64,000 bases of DNA. It comes from Longimicrobiales bacterium. Lineage in GTDB: Bacteria; Gemmatimonadota; Gemmatimonadetes; Longimicrobiales; Gaopeijiaceae. Of the stretch, positions 47,074 to 56,916 are shown one piece after another (within the stretch, counting starts at the first letter, position 1; each line of letters begins with the position of its first letter). The notes beneath the pieces are model-generated. The model was not told where the DNA came from. It searched no databases and saw only the letters and a list, made by a program, of their open reading frames with translations. Made by a program: the position numbers and the translations under genes. The DNA lies in assembly GCA_965238005.1 (NCBI GenBank), contig OZ250165.1, forward strand, positions 4,352,001 to 4,416,000, in the 5' to 3' direction.

Positions 47074-48479
47074 GGCGCTGCTTCGAGCTGATCGGGGAGC
47101 ACCTTTCCCGGGTTCATGCCCCCACTGGGGTCGAACACGGCCTGGACCCGACGCATGGCCTCCAGCTCGTCCGGGCTGTGCACCAGCGACATGTATGAGC
47201 GCTTGTCCAGGCCCACACCATGCTCTCCGGTGATGGTGCCCCCCATCTCGACGCACACGGCCATGATCTCCTTCGACGCCTGCTCCACGCGCTCGAGCTC
47301 GTCGGGATCGCCTCGGTCAAAGAGGATGTTCGGATGGAGATTGCCGTCCCCGGCGTGGAAGACGTTCGCCACGGTCAGATCGTATCGCTTCCCGATCTCT
47401 GAGATCCGTCCCAGGACGTCGGGCAGGACGCTCCGGGGGACGGTGGCGTCCTGAACGAGCAGATCCGGGGCGATGCGGCCCATGGCACCGAAGGCCTTCT
47501 TGCGCCCCTGCCACAGCGCCAGCCGCTCCTGGTCCGACTCCGCCGTACGGACGTCCCGTGCGCCGGCCTCCCGGCAGTGGACGACGGCCCGCTCGACGTC
47601 GGCGTCCAGCCCTGCCTCGATCCCGTCGAACTCGATGACGAGTGCCGCCTCGGCGTCGGTCGGGAACCCTCCGGCGTAGACGCTGGCCTCCACCGCCCGG
47701 ATGGTCGGACCGTCGATGATCTCCAGTGCGGCCGGCAGAAGGCCGTCGGCCATGATGGTGGTCACGGCTCGGCCGGCGTCCTCGAGCTCGTCGAAGATCC
47801 CCAGTAGCGTCCGGACTCCCTCCGGCTTCGGGAGGAGCCGCATCTCGATCTCCGTGGCGATGCCGAAGCACCCCTCGGATCCCACGAAGAGCCCCACCAG
47901 GTCGTAGCCCCCCGGCTCCCGCCCGAAACCACCCAGACGCGACACCTGCCCTCCGTACGTCACCATGGTGAGGCCCGTGACGTAGCGTGAGGTGACCCCG
48001 TACTTGAGGCAGTGGGGCCCTCCCGAGTTCTCGGCCACGTTGCCTCCCAGCGTGCAGGCGCTCTGAGAGGACGGGTCGGGGGCGTAGTAGAGCCCGAACG
48101 GGGAAGCCGCATCCGTGAGATCCGCGTTGATCACGCCCGGCTGAACCAGAGCCAGGCGGTTCTCCGGATCGACCTCGAGGATCCGGTTCATGCGTGCCGT
48201 CCCTACCACGATGCACCCCTCACCCGCGAGGGCTCCTCCGGAAAGCCCCGTTCCCGCCCCGCGGGGCACGACCGGCACGCCTTCCTTCGAGAGGAGCTCG
48301 AGGACCCGGCTGACCTCGTCGGTGTCCTTGGGAAGCACCACGGCCATCGGCAGCATCCGGTACGCCGTCAGCCCGTCGGACTCGTACGCCAGGAGCCGAT
48401 GCGGGTCCGAGATGACCCAGGCATCACCGACGACGCCTTTCAGCTTCTTTGCGAGTGACTGCGCTAGAGGGTCCGGCAA
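47070..48479 (-). CDS. glcD: Glycolate oxidase subunit GlcD
   Basis: RGAGTGLSGG, APDPSS, NSGGPHCLKYG, HAGDGNLHP, GEHGVG, NPGK. Confidence 0.9.
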   Translation of the reverse strand: MPDPLAQSLAKKLKGVVGDAWVISDPHRLLAYESDGLTAYRMLPMAVVLPKDTDEVSRVLELLSKEGVPVVPRGAGTGLSGGALAGEGCIVVGTARMNRILEVDPENRLALVQPGVINADLTDAASPFGLYYAPDPSSQSACTLGGNVAENSGGPHCLKYGVTSRYVTGLTMVTYGGQVSRLGGFGREPGGYDLVGLFVGSEGCFGIATEIEMRLLPKPEGVRTLLGIFDELEDAGRAVTTIMADGLLPAALEIIDGPTIRAVEASVYAGGFPTDAEAALVIEFDGIEAGLDADVERAVVHCREAGARDVRTAESDQERLALWQGRKKAFGAMGRIAPDLLVQDATVPRSVLPDVLGRISEIGKRYDLTVANVFHAGDGNLHPNILFDRGDPDELERVEQASKEIMAVCVEMGGTITGEHGVGLDKRSYMSLVHSPDELEAMRRVQAVFDPSGGMNPGKVLPDQLEAAP

Positions 48480-48527
48480 CTGTGCTCCTTCTCAGGACAC
48501 TAGTGTACTGCTGCGGAAATCCGGTAG

Positions 48528-49253
48528 CTATACCAGGAAGTCCCGAATGGCCTCCACGCTCTTCCCCGCCGCGGACTCGAGACCCTCGGGGATCGTGGTT
48601 CCGTACACTTCCGCCAGCAGCTCGTCCGTGGTGGCCTCGGGACGGGCCGCCAGAGTCTCCTGCACCTGCCGGATCCTCTCGCGGCGGTGTGCTTCGAAGG
48701 CGTCCAGCGTCCTGTCCGGATCCTCCAGGGGGGGTCCGTGGGCCGGGTACAGCACGCTGCACCGCAGGGCGCGAACCCGCTCGAGTGAATCCAGGTAGTC
48801 GGCGACGCATCCCTCGTACTCGCCGACCCATGTGGTCTCGCCACGGCCCAGGACGAGGTCCCCGGGAAAGCCCGCACCGGCCTCGATCCAGTGGAACGCC
48901 ACGTGTTCTCGGCTGTGGCCGGGGGTTTCGACGCTCACGAGACGACCCTGGTCCGTCTCCACTGGCTCACAGTCACCGAGCACCCTGGCGGCCGGTATTC
49001 CGACCCCCAGGATCTCCGCCCCCGCCGCGCCGGCCACAGCCTGCGCCGCATCGGCGTGATCGGCGTGGCCATGAGTCAGGAGTACCCAGACGCGCTCGGC
49101 CTCGGCCACCGCATGCGCGACAGCCCGCACGTGGCTCTCCTCGTCCGGGCCGGGATCGATGATGGCCACCCGTCTGTGGCCTATCAGGTATGTCCGGGTC
49201 CCGTCGAGCGTGAATGGGCCCGGATTGTCAGCTACGATGCAGCGGGGCCTCAC
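48528..49253 (-). CDS. Metallo-beta-lactamase fold hydrolase
   Basis: NPGPFTLDGT, THGHADH, TPGH, GD, PAHG. Confidence 0.9.
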   Translation of the reverse strand: MRPRCIVADNPGPFTLDGTRTYLIGHRRVAIIDPGPDEESHVRAVAHAVAEAERVWVLLTHGHADHADAAQAVAGAAGAEILGVGIPAARVLGDCEPVETDQGRLVSVETPGHSREHVAFHWIEAGAGFPGDLVLGRGETTWVGEYEGCVADYLDSLERVRALRCSVLYPAHGPPLEDPDRTLDAFEAHRRERIRQVQETLAARPEATTDELLAEVYGTTIPEGLESAAGKSVEAIRDFLV

Positions 49254-49263
49254 CTGGCGAGCG

Positions 49264-49734
49264 TCAGCGGCGCTCCGCCACCAACTGGTCGGCCAGCTTA
49301 TCCGCCACCGACTGTATGGCCAGGTCGTCGTCATCGGTGAACGCCGCGGCAGTCCTGCTGTCGAGGTCGATCTGCCCGAAGATGTCGTCGCCGGCGCGGA
49401 TGAGCACGATCATCTCCGACTTCACCCTCGGGTCACACGCGAGGTAGTTGTCCACCGCGCTGACGTCGGGGACGTTGATGTTCTCGCCGCGGGTGACCGC
49501 GGTGCCACACACACCCTCGCCCACCGGAATCTTGGCGTGGGTGGTCGTCTTTCCCACGTAGTTGTGCAACCAGAGCACGTTCTCGTCGGAGTTGAGGAGA
49601 TATATGCCCACCCAGTCGAATCGATCGTCGGACGAGCTGATGCCCCTCACGGCATGGCGGAGCAGCGCATCCGAGAGGAATCCGTCGTCCCTCAGGGTCT
49701 GCAGCTCGCTCACCAGTGCGTTGACTTCTAGCAT
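49264..49734 (-). CDS. GAF domain protein (fRMsr/MsrC-like)
   Basis: DWVGIY, GEGVCG, YLAC, SEMIV, DLDS..FTDDD. Confidence 0.85.
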   Translation of the reverse strand: MLEVNALVSELQTLRDDGFLSDALLRHAVRGISSSDDRFDWVGIYLLNSDENVLWLHNYVGKTTTHAKIPVGEGVCGTAVTRGENINVPDVSAVDNYLACDPRVKSEMIVLIRAGDDIFGQIDLDSRTAAAFTDDDDLAIQSVADKLADQLVAERR

Positions 49735-49845
49735 GCGGATCGGTTCCAGTTCTGTGAAAGTGGGGAAAATCCCCAGGTTCAGCGGCCTTGCCGAACGAAA
49801 GGGTAGAAGAGAGCCCTCTCAGGGTCAAGGCGCCAACGGGGGGCG

Positions 49846-50916
49846 CTAACGCGGGGTGAAGTCCGTGTCCTCCTGGAGACCCTGGACGAAGGCCGCCAGT
49901 AGGCGAGCCGTGTTCTCGAGATCCGCGAGACTCACGATCTCGTTGGGCGAGTGCATGTAGCGGTTCGGTACGGACACGAGACCCGTCGGGACCCCACCCC
50001 GACTCAGATAGATGGAGTCCGCATCCGTGCGCGTCGCCTTGGGCGCCGCTTGGATGGTGTGTGGAATGCCCTCGGCCTCGGCGACCTCCACGAGGCGATC
50101 GAACACCACGGGGTGGGCAGCCGATCCCCGGCTGAGCACGGGACCTCCACCGAGGCGGTGCTCCCCCAGCTCCTTCTTCTCGATGTCCGGGACGTCGGTG
50201 CTGAACGTCACGTCCACCACCAGCGCTACGTCAGGCTCGAGCGTGAAGGCGCTGCTTCGGGCCCCTCCCCCCCCACTGCTGCCGATCTCCTCCTGGACCG
50301 TTGCAACGGCCACCGCCGACGCTGTGGGAGACGACTCCGAGAGGAGTCGAAGTGCCTCGAGCACCACGAACGCCCCGATTCGGTTGTCGATGGCACGACT
50401 CGCCACACGATCCCCGGCCAGGCGCACGATCTGGGCGTCGATCACCAGGGGATCGCCCACGCGCAGCCCCAGCGCACCGGCCTCTTCGGCCGACGACACC
50501 CCGACGTCGACCCACAGCCCCCTGATCTCCGACGCCTTCGTGCGCTCCTCGTCCTTGATGAGGTGGATGGCCTTCTTTCCCACGACTCCCTGCACATCAC
50601 CCGACCTTCCCAGTATCCGGACCCGTTGGCCCACCAGCACCTGGGGATCCCATCCGCCGATGCCATCGACGTAGAGGAAGCCGTCCTCGTCGATGTGCGT
50701 AACCTGGAGCCCTATCTCGTCGATATGGCCCGCCATCATGACGCGCGGCCTGCCGTCGGGGTTCATCAGGGCGAAGGTGTTCCCACTCACGTCGGTGGTC
50801 ACCGAGTCTGCGAAGGTCTCGGCCTCTGCGCGCCATACGCGGGCCGGGCGGACCTCGAATCCCGAGGGCCCCGGCGCGTCAAGGAGGCTCTCGAGGAAGG
50901 CTGTGGGCTGGTTCAT
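49846..50916 (-). CDS. M42 family aminopeptidase
   Basis: PSGFE, GHIDEIG, DNRIG, QEEIG, DVT, RYMHS. Confidence 0.92.
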   Translation of the reverse strand: MNQPTAFLESLLDAPGPSGFEVRPARVWRAEAETFADSVTTDVSGNTFALMNPDGRPRVMMAGHIDEIGLQVTHIDEDGFLYVDGIGGWDPQVLVGQRVRILGRSGDVQGVVGKKAIHLIKDEERTKASEIRGLWVDVGVSSAEEAGALGLRVGDPLVIDAQIVRLAGDRVASRAIDNRIGAFVVLEALRLLSESSPTASAVAVATVQEEIGSSGGGGARSSAFTLEPDVALVVDVTFSTDVPDIEKKELGEHRLGGGPVLSRGSAAHPVVFDRLVEVAEAEGIPHTIQAAPKATRTDADSIYLSRGGVPTGLVSVPNRYMHSPNEIVSLADLENTARLLAAFVQGLQEDTDFTPR

Positions 50917-50947
50917 GAGTCGGAAACTACCGAACCGGGGAGCCCGC

Positions 50948-51418
50948 TCAAGGGGTAGAGTCGTCCCCCGAGTCCTGCAAGGGGGGGCCCTCCGGCGGAC
51001 GGGTCGCCCAGCCCCGACTGCCCAGGACCGTCATCTCGATGGCGCCGTCCTGGATGCGTCGCTCCAGGTTCTCTCTTACGCGGCGCTGTATGGCGCGGCG
51101 CGTCGGGGGCAGGAGAAGGCTGAATCCGACGAGGTCGGTGAGGATACCGGGCGTGAGGAGAAGCGCACCACCCACGAGGATGCTCATTCCGTCCATGATC
51201 GCCTGACCGGGCAGCTGCCCCCGGGCGAGATCGTCGCGGAGCCTCCACAGGGTCTTGAGACCCTCTAGACGGGCGAGCCAGGCACCCGTGACTCCGGTGA
51301 ACACCACGAGCGCCATCGTGGGTAGAAACCCCACCACCTGCCCGATCTCGATGAGAAGAGCGAGCTCGAGCAGCGGGACGATGACGAACAGGAGGGCCAG
51401 TCTGGCCAGAACGCTCAT
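50948..51418 (-). CDS. fxsA: FxsA family membrane protein
   Basis: PLLEL, GALLLTPGILTD. Confidence 0.9.
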   Translation of the reverse strand: MSVLARLALLFVIVPLLELALLIEIGQVVGFLPTMALVVFTGVTGAWLARLEGLKTLWRLRDDLARGQLPGQAIMDGMSILVGGALLLTPGILTDLVGFSLLLPPTRRAIQRRVRENLERRIQDGAIEMTVLGSRGWATRPPEGPPLQDSGDDSTP

Positions 51419-51598
51419 GACCGGTGCTTACACCGCGCCTTCCGCGCTGGATCCTGGGTCCGCGAGGGCGGAGACCCGCGGAGGGTGCGCAGACCGATCG
51501 AGGGCGTCTTTCTTCGCTTGAATCACCTGGACGATTAGCTTTGAGGCGTGGGGGGCGCGCCGCGATGCTCCCGCCGGCGCTCCCGGAGTTGGAGGCTC

Positions 51599-52837
51599 AT
51601 GGAGGAGACGTATTTTCGTAAGGGGTTCGGCCTCAAGTCCGAGGTTCAGCCCCTCATCGACTCCGAGTACCACTCGGCACTGGTACAGAGCATCCGCAGC
51701 CAGGGGCACGAGCAGGTATTGGGAGATGTGACGGTCCGTCTGGCCGAGGAGTTCGGCTTCTGCTACGGAGTCGACCGGGCCATCGACTACGCCTACGAGA
51801 CCCGTCACAAGTTCCCGGACAGGCGCATCTATCTGGTCGGGGAGATCATCCACAACCCGCACGTGAACCAGCGGATCCGCGACATGGGCATGGACTTCAT
51901 CCGACCCGACGACACCGGGACTTTCGACTTCTCACATGTGACGGCCCCGGACGTCGCGATCATGCCGGCCTTCGGCGTGACCCTGAGCGACTTCAGTACT
52001 CTAAAGGACATCGGTTGCATCCTCGTCGACACCACGTGCGGATCGGTGCTGCTGGTGTGGAAGCGAGTCGAGAGCTACGCGCGGGACGGGTTTACGGCCG
52101 CGATCCACGGCAAGCACTACCACGAAGAAACAAGGGCGACGGCCTCGCAGGTCCGCAAGCACGAGGGCGGCATGTACATCATCGTGCGAGACATGGACGA
52201 GGCGGAGATCCTCTGCGACTACATCGCCGGTCGGCCGCAGCGCCTGTCCAGGGCCGGCTTCATGGAGCACTTCCGCGAGAAGATCTCCGCCGGCTTCGAT
52301 CCGGACGTGGACCTCGGCAAGATCGGAGTCGCGAACCAGACGACCATGCTCGCCAACGAGTCGCTGGCCATCGGCCTCAGGATCCGGGAGGCGATGGTCG
52401 AGGGGCTCGGGGAGGCGTACACCCAGGAGAACTTCCGCTCCTTCGGGACGATCTGCTCCGCGACGCAGGAGCGGCAGGATGCCGTCGAGAAGATGATGGA
52501 GGACCGGCCACCCGACGTCATGATCGTCATCGGCGGATACAACTCCTCCAACACCGACCACCTGGCGCACCTGTGCAGGAAGTTCACCGCGACCTATCAC
52601 ATCGAGGACGCGGCATGCATCGACGTAGACGAGGGCACCATACGCCACAAGCCGGACCTGGGTGGCGACACCCCTGAGCGGGTGGAGACGGACTGGCTGC
52701 CGGACGGGCCCTTCGAGCTGGGAATAACGGCAGGAGCGTCGACGCCGAACAACAAGATGGGCGAAGCCCTCGTGCGGATCATGCAGCTCCGCGGTATGGA
52801 GTCCGCGCTGTCCGAGGGAGGGGTCGAGCTGGTCTAG
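51599..52837 (+). CDS. ispH: 4-hydroxy-3-methylbut-2-enyl diphosphate reductase
   Basis: FGFCYGV, IIHNP, DTTC, HEET, NQTT, TICSATQERQ, SSNT, GASTP. Confidence 0.95.
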   Translation: MEETYFRKGFGLKSEVQPLIDSEYHSALVQSIRSQGHEQVLGDVTVRLAEEFGFCYGVDRAIDYAYETRHKFPDRRIYLVGEIIHNPHVNQRIRDMGMDFIRPDDTGTFDFSHVTAPDVAIMPAFGVTLSDFSTLKDIGCILVDTTCGSVLLVWKRVESYARDGFTAAIHGKHYHEETRATASQVRKHEGGMYIIVRDMDEAEILCDYIAGRPQRLSRAGFMEHFREKISAGFDPDVDLGKIGVANQTTMLANESLAIGLRIREAMVEGLGEAYTQENFRSFGTICSATQERQDAVEKMMEDRPPDVMIVIGGYNSSNTDHLAHLCRKFTATYHIEDAACIDVDEGTIRHKPDLGGDTPERVETDWLPDGPFELGITAGASTPNNKMGEALVRIMQLRGMESALSEGGVELV

Positions 52838-52887
52838 GAGCCTGGTCTAGTGTCTTTGCGCGGGCTCCGGTTCGGGCGCGGAGGCCT

Positions 52888-54291
52888 CTAGATGTGGATC
52901 GGCCGGCCCAGAGCCGCCAGTGCCCCTTCTGCAATGGCCTCGGAGAGGGTCGGGTGGGGGTGCATGGCCCGGTCCATCTCGTCGACGGTGGATTCCAGGT
53001 GACGCCCGACGACGAACTCTCCGATGAGCTCCGTCGCGTGCGGACCCACGATGTGGGCGCCCAGGATCTCCGAGTACTTCTTGTCTCGGATCACCTTCAC
53101 GAAGCCCTCTGTGTGCCCCGCGGTGATGGCGCGTCCATTGCCGACCCACAGGAACTTGCCCACTTCGATCTCGTGTCCCTCGTCGAGAGCCTCCTCCTCC
53201 GTGAGGCCGACGGAGGCCACCTCCGGATGGCAGTACGTGCAGTTGGGGACGTTCCGATAATCCACGGACCCGTGTCCCTGGCCGGCGATGGCCTCGACAC
53301 AGATCACTCCCTCGTGCATGGCCTTGTGCGCCAGGAGTTGGTTTCCGGCGCAGTCGCCCAGCGCATAGACGCCGGGGATGTTGGTCCGCATCAAGTCATC
53401 CACCGCGAAGAACCCGCCCTCGTCGAGCTCGACACCCGCCACCTCGAGACCGAGGTCCGAGGTGTTCGGCACGCGACCCACCGCCGAGAGGGCGTTCTGC
53501 ACGGCCAGGGTCCGCTCGGCGCCCTTCTTGTCCTTGAAGGTCAAGAGTACCGACTTCTCGCCGATCTCGGCCCCCTCCACCATGGCTCCGGTGAAGAAAT
53601 CCACGCCACGCTTCTTGAAGCTGCGCTCCACGGCGGCCGAAGAGTCCTTGTCCTCCAGCGGGAGGATGCGATCCAACGCCTCGATGACCGTGACCTTGGC
53701 GCCGAAGGCCTCGAAGACGTCAGCGAACTCCATGCCCACCGCGCCGGCGCCGACGACGGCCAGCGACTCCGGAGCCTCCGTCTGAAGGAGGGCGCCGGTG
53801 GACGACCATACGCGGTCCTCGTCGATGGGTAGGACCGGGATGTCCCTCGGCCGTGATCCGGTCGCGAGAATGATGTGTGCGGCCGAGTAGGACTCCTTGG
53901 AGCCGTCGGCGGCCTCCACTTCGACCTTGCCCTCGCCCAGAAGCCGGCCTCGGCCCTCGAGGTGGGTCACCTTGTTCTTCTTGAACAGGTGTCCCACGCC
54001 CTTGGCCAGCTGCCCGGCGATGGCCCTGCTGCGCTCCTGTGCCGGACCCAGGTCGGCCTTCACCTCGTCGAAGGTGATGCCATGGGAAGCCGCCGTTTTC
54101 AGCTCGTTCACGAGGGCGGCACTGGTGAGGAGGGCCTTGGTGGGAATACAGCCGATGTTCAGGCACACCCCCCCGAGCTCGTCCTCCTCGACGCACGCCG
54201 TGCTCAGCCCCAACTGAGCCGCCCGTATGGCCGCCACGTAACCGCCGGGGCCCCCACCGATGATGAGAACGTCGAAGTTCTTCTCTGACAC
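52888..54291 (-). CDS. lpdA: Dihydrolipoyl dehydrogenase
   Basis: GGGPGGY, GGVCLNIGCIPTK, LAHKA, HPHPTLSE. Confidence 0.96.
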   Translation of the reverse strand: MSEKNFDVLIIGGGPGGYVAAIRAAQLGLSTACVEEDELGGVCLNIGCIPTKALLTSAALVNELKTAASHGITFDEVKADLGPAQERSRAIAGQLAKGVGHLFKKNKVTHLEGRGRLLGEGKVEVEAADGSKESYSAAHIILATGSRPRDIPVLPIDEDRVWSSTGALLQTEAPESLAVVGAGAVGMEFADVFEAFGAKVTVIEALDRILPLEDKDSSAAVERSFKKRGVDFFTGAMVEGAEIGEKSVLLTFKDKKGAERTLAVQNALSAVGRVPNTSDLGLEVAGVELDEGGFFAVDDLMRTNIPGVYALGDCAGNQLLAHKAMHEGVICVEAIAGQGHGSVDYRNVPNCTYCHPEVASVGLTEEEALDEGHEIEVGKFLWVGNGRAITAGHTEGFVKVIRDKKYSEILGAHIVGPHATELIGEFVVGRHLESTVDEMDRAMHPHPTLSEAIAEGALAALGRPIHI

Positions 54292-54528
54292 GCCCTACTC
54301 TCCTTCGAAGAACGAGCTACAAATGTTTGCTCCCGGTTCCGGCCCCCTGGATCGACCCCGGGAGAATGGCTTTGGAAGTTAGATGGGGCGCATGGGCAGG
54401 TAAACCCTCTCCGGGAGCTCTCAGAAGAGAAGTCGAGCGGCAGGCGTATTCCTTTACAGTTCGAGGAGCCGGGACCTATTCTGGTACAGATTCCGCCCGT
54501 CCCCTCACTCGTCGGGTAGGAGGGTCAA

Positions 54529-55086
54529 ATGTGGGAATTGATCGTGGTTGCCGCCGTCGTTCTCGGCGGCGTCGGGCTGTACAACTCCCTCGTGAAGCTC
54601 AGGGAGCAGGCGGAGGCGGCTTGGGCGGACATCGACGTCCAGCTCAAGCGCAGATACGACCTGATCCCCAACGTCGTGGAGACCGTGAAGGGCTATGCGG
54701 CCCATGAGCAGAAGACCCTGGAGGCGGTGGTGCAGGCTCGATCCTCCGCCATGTCCGCCCAGGGGCCGGCGCAGAAGGGACAGGCCGAGGGCATGCTGGC
54801 GGGAGCCCTCAAGTCGTTGTTCGCTCTGGCCGAGGCGTATCCGGACCTGAAGGCCGCCGGAGGCTTCCAGGACCTTCAGGGTACCCTGGCAGACCTGGAG
54901 GACTCCGTTCAGAACGCCCGTCGTTACTACAATGCCGTGGTTCGGGACTACAACACGAAGATCCACTCGGTGCCATCGAACCTGGTCGCCAAGAGCTTCA
55001 ACTTCGCGGAGCGGGAGTTCTTCGAGATCCCGGAAGCCGAAAAGGCCGTGCCTAAGGTGAAGTTCACCGACGACGGCGACGAGTGA
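54529..55086 (+). CDS. lemA: LemA family protein
   Basis: IDVQLKRRYDLIPN, EAYPDLKA, ARRYYN. Confidence 0.95.
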   Translation: MWELIVVAAVVLGGVGLYNSLVKLREQAEAAWADIDVQLKRRYDLIPNVVETVKGYAAHEQKTLEAVVQARSSAMSAQGPAQKGQAEGMLAGALKSLFALAEAYPDLKAAGGFQDLQGTLADLEDSVQNARRYYNAVVRDYNTKIHSVPSNLVAKSFNFAEREFFEIPEAEKAVPKVKFTDDGDE

Positions 55087-56873
55087 TACGTCCGGACCCG
55101 ATCATGATGCGAACCGTCGGGCGGCGCCTCGGAGCCACCCTAGTGGCGGTGGTCGCGCTGGCGGCGGGCGGCGGCCCGCTCTCCGCGCAATCGAAGCAGC
55201 TCGAGATCGAGCGCTTCGACGCAGAGATCACCGTGGCGGAGAGCGGACGGGTCCACGTTTCCGAAGCGATCCGATTCCGATTCACGGGCTCCTGGAACGG
55301 GGTGTACCGGGATATCCCCGTGGTCTACGAGACCCCCAGCGGCTTCAATCTCCGACTCGCGCTGGACATACGCTCCGTCACGGCCGAGGACGGAACGGCT
55401 CTCCGATACGAGGAGAGCCGGGAACGCCATTCCAAAAGGATCAAGATCTGGGTGCCCGGCGCCAACAACGCCATCAGGACGGTCAACATCCAGTACTCCT
55501 CGCCGAACGCGCTTCGCTTCATCGACGCCGACGAGAGCGAGTTCGAGGCCGGCCACGACGAGCTCTACTGGAACGTGACCGGTGACGAGTGGGAGATCCC
55601 CATCCGCGCCGCCAGCGCTCGGATCGTGGTTCCACCGGAAGTGGCCGGCCTCAGGGCCCGCGTCTATACGGGTGGCTTCGGCTCGACGTCGGCAAACGCC
55701 CGGATGAGAGAAATAGAATCTGGCTTCTATTTTGAGACGACGAGCCCATTGGGTATGCGGGAGGGGATGACCGTCTCCCTGGCCTGGGATCCGGGCGTCA
55801 TCGCGCGACCCACGGGGGCCCAGGGGGTGAGCCGGTTTTTTTTGGCCAATTGGATCTTCCTCCTGCCCGTCGTGAGCTTCGTCTTCATGCTCCAGCTCTG
55901 GCGCACTCGCGGACGTGATCCGGCACGCCGGCCCATCCCGCCCCAGTACAAGCCACCCGAGGGCCTCACGCCCGCCGAGATGGGCACGCTCATCGACAAC
56001 AGTCCGGACATGCGGGACATCACCGCCTCCATGGTCGACCTGGCAGTCCGCGGTTACATCAAGATCGAGGAGCACGAGCGAACCGGTTTAGTGGCCATGT
56101 TCAAGGGCACTTCCTACTCGTTCCGGCTTCTCAAGGAGCTCGATGAGTGGTCGGAGCTGCAACCGCACGAGCGCTCTCTCATGAGCGGCCTGTTCAACGG
56201 GGGATACCTCAAGACCGTCGACCTCGACGACCTGGAGAACGACTTCTACAAGCACCTGGACAAGATCAAGGACGGGCTCTACTCGCGGCTCCTGGCTCTC
56301 GGATTCTACCACCGCCGTCCCGACCACGTCTCGAGAGCATACGTGGGCGGCGGCATCGCCCTCACGGTCTTCCTCATGTTGGGGTTGAGGTTCTTCAGCG
56401 ACGCCCTCTCCCTTTCCCTCGGAGCGAGCCTGCTTGCGGCCATCTTGAGCGCCGTTCCCGTCATCGGCTTCGGTCTCGTCATGCCCGCCCGAACGGTGAA
56501 GGGAACCCGGCAGCTCGAGCACATCCTCGGATTCCAGGAGTTTCTCGATCGGGTCGAGGCGGACCACTTCCGCCGCATGATCGACTCACCGGAGATGTTC
56601 GAGCGGTATCTGCCCCACGCCATGGCCCTGCAGGTGGAGAAGAAGTGGGCCCGAGCGTTCGAGGACATGTACAAGGAGCCCCCCGACTGGTACTCCGGCC
56701 CGGCCGGGCGTCACTTCCGGCCCACGATCTTCGTCTCGGACCTGGGGAGCATGACCGGGCGGGTGGGGAGTGCCATGACCTCCCAGCCGCGGAGCAGCGG
56801 CGGCTCGGGATTCGGCGGCGGGGGCGGCTTCAGCGGAGGTCGGTTCGGGGGCGGAGGCGGCGGCGGCTTCTAG
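55083..56873 (+). CDS. DUF2207 membrane protein
   Basis: ELYWN, DLAVRGYI, FERYLPHAMAL, Gly-rich tail; follows lemA. Confidence 0.9.
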   Translation: MIRPDPIMMRTVGRRLGATLVAVVALAAGGGPLSAQSKQLEIERFDAEITVAESGRVHVSEAIRFRFTGSWNGVYRDIPVVYETPSGFNLRLALDIRSVTAEDGTALRYEESRERHSKRIKIWVPGANNAIRTVNIQYSSPNALRFIDADESEFEAGHDELYWNVTGDEWEIPIRAASARIVVPPEVAGLRARVYTGGFGSTSANARMREIESGFYFETTSPLGMREGMTVSLAWDPGVIARPTGAQGVSRFFLANWIFLLPVVSFVFMLQLWRTRGRDPARRPIPPQYKPPEGLTPAEMGTLIDNSPDMRDITASMVDLAVRGYIKIEEHERTGLVAMFKGTSYSFRLLKELDEWSELQPHERSLMSGLFNGGYLKTVDLDDLENDFYKHLDKIKDGLYSRLLALGFYHRRPDHVSRAYVGGGIALTVFLMLGLRFFSDALSLSLGASLLAAILSAVPVIGFGLVMPARTVKGTRQLEHILGFQEFLDRVEADHFRRMIDSPEMFERYLPHAMALQVEKKWARAFEDMYKEPPDWYSGPAGRHFRPTIFVSDLGSMTGRVGSAMTSQPRSSGGSGFGGGGGFSGGRFGGGGGGGF

Positions 56874-56916
56874 TGTGTCCCCTTGCCACGGCGGCTGGTC
56901 CCTCGTGCGCCGGCCT

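Noticed and set aside
48490..48525. Near-palindrome CAGGACACTAGTGTACTG resembling the MITE ends
   Set aside because: Short, no partner end found, and adjacent to the glcD RBS; insufficient support.
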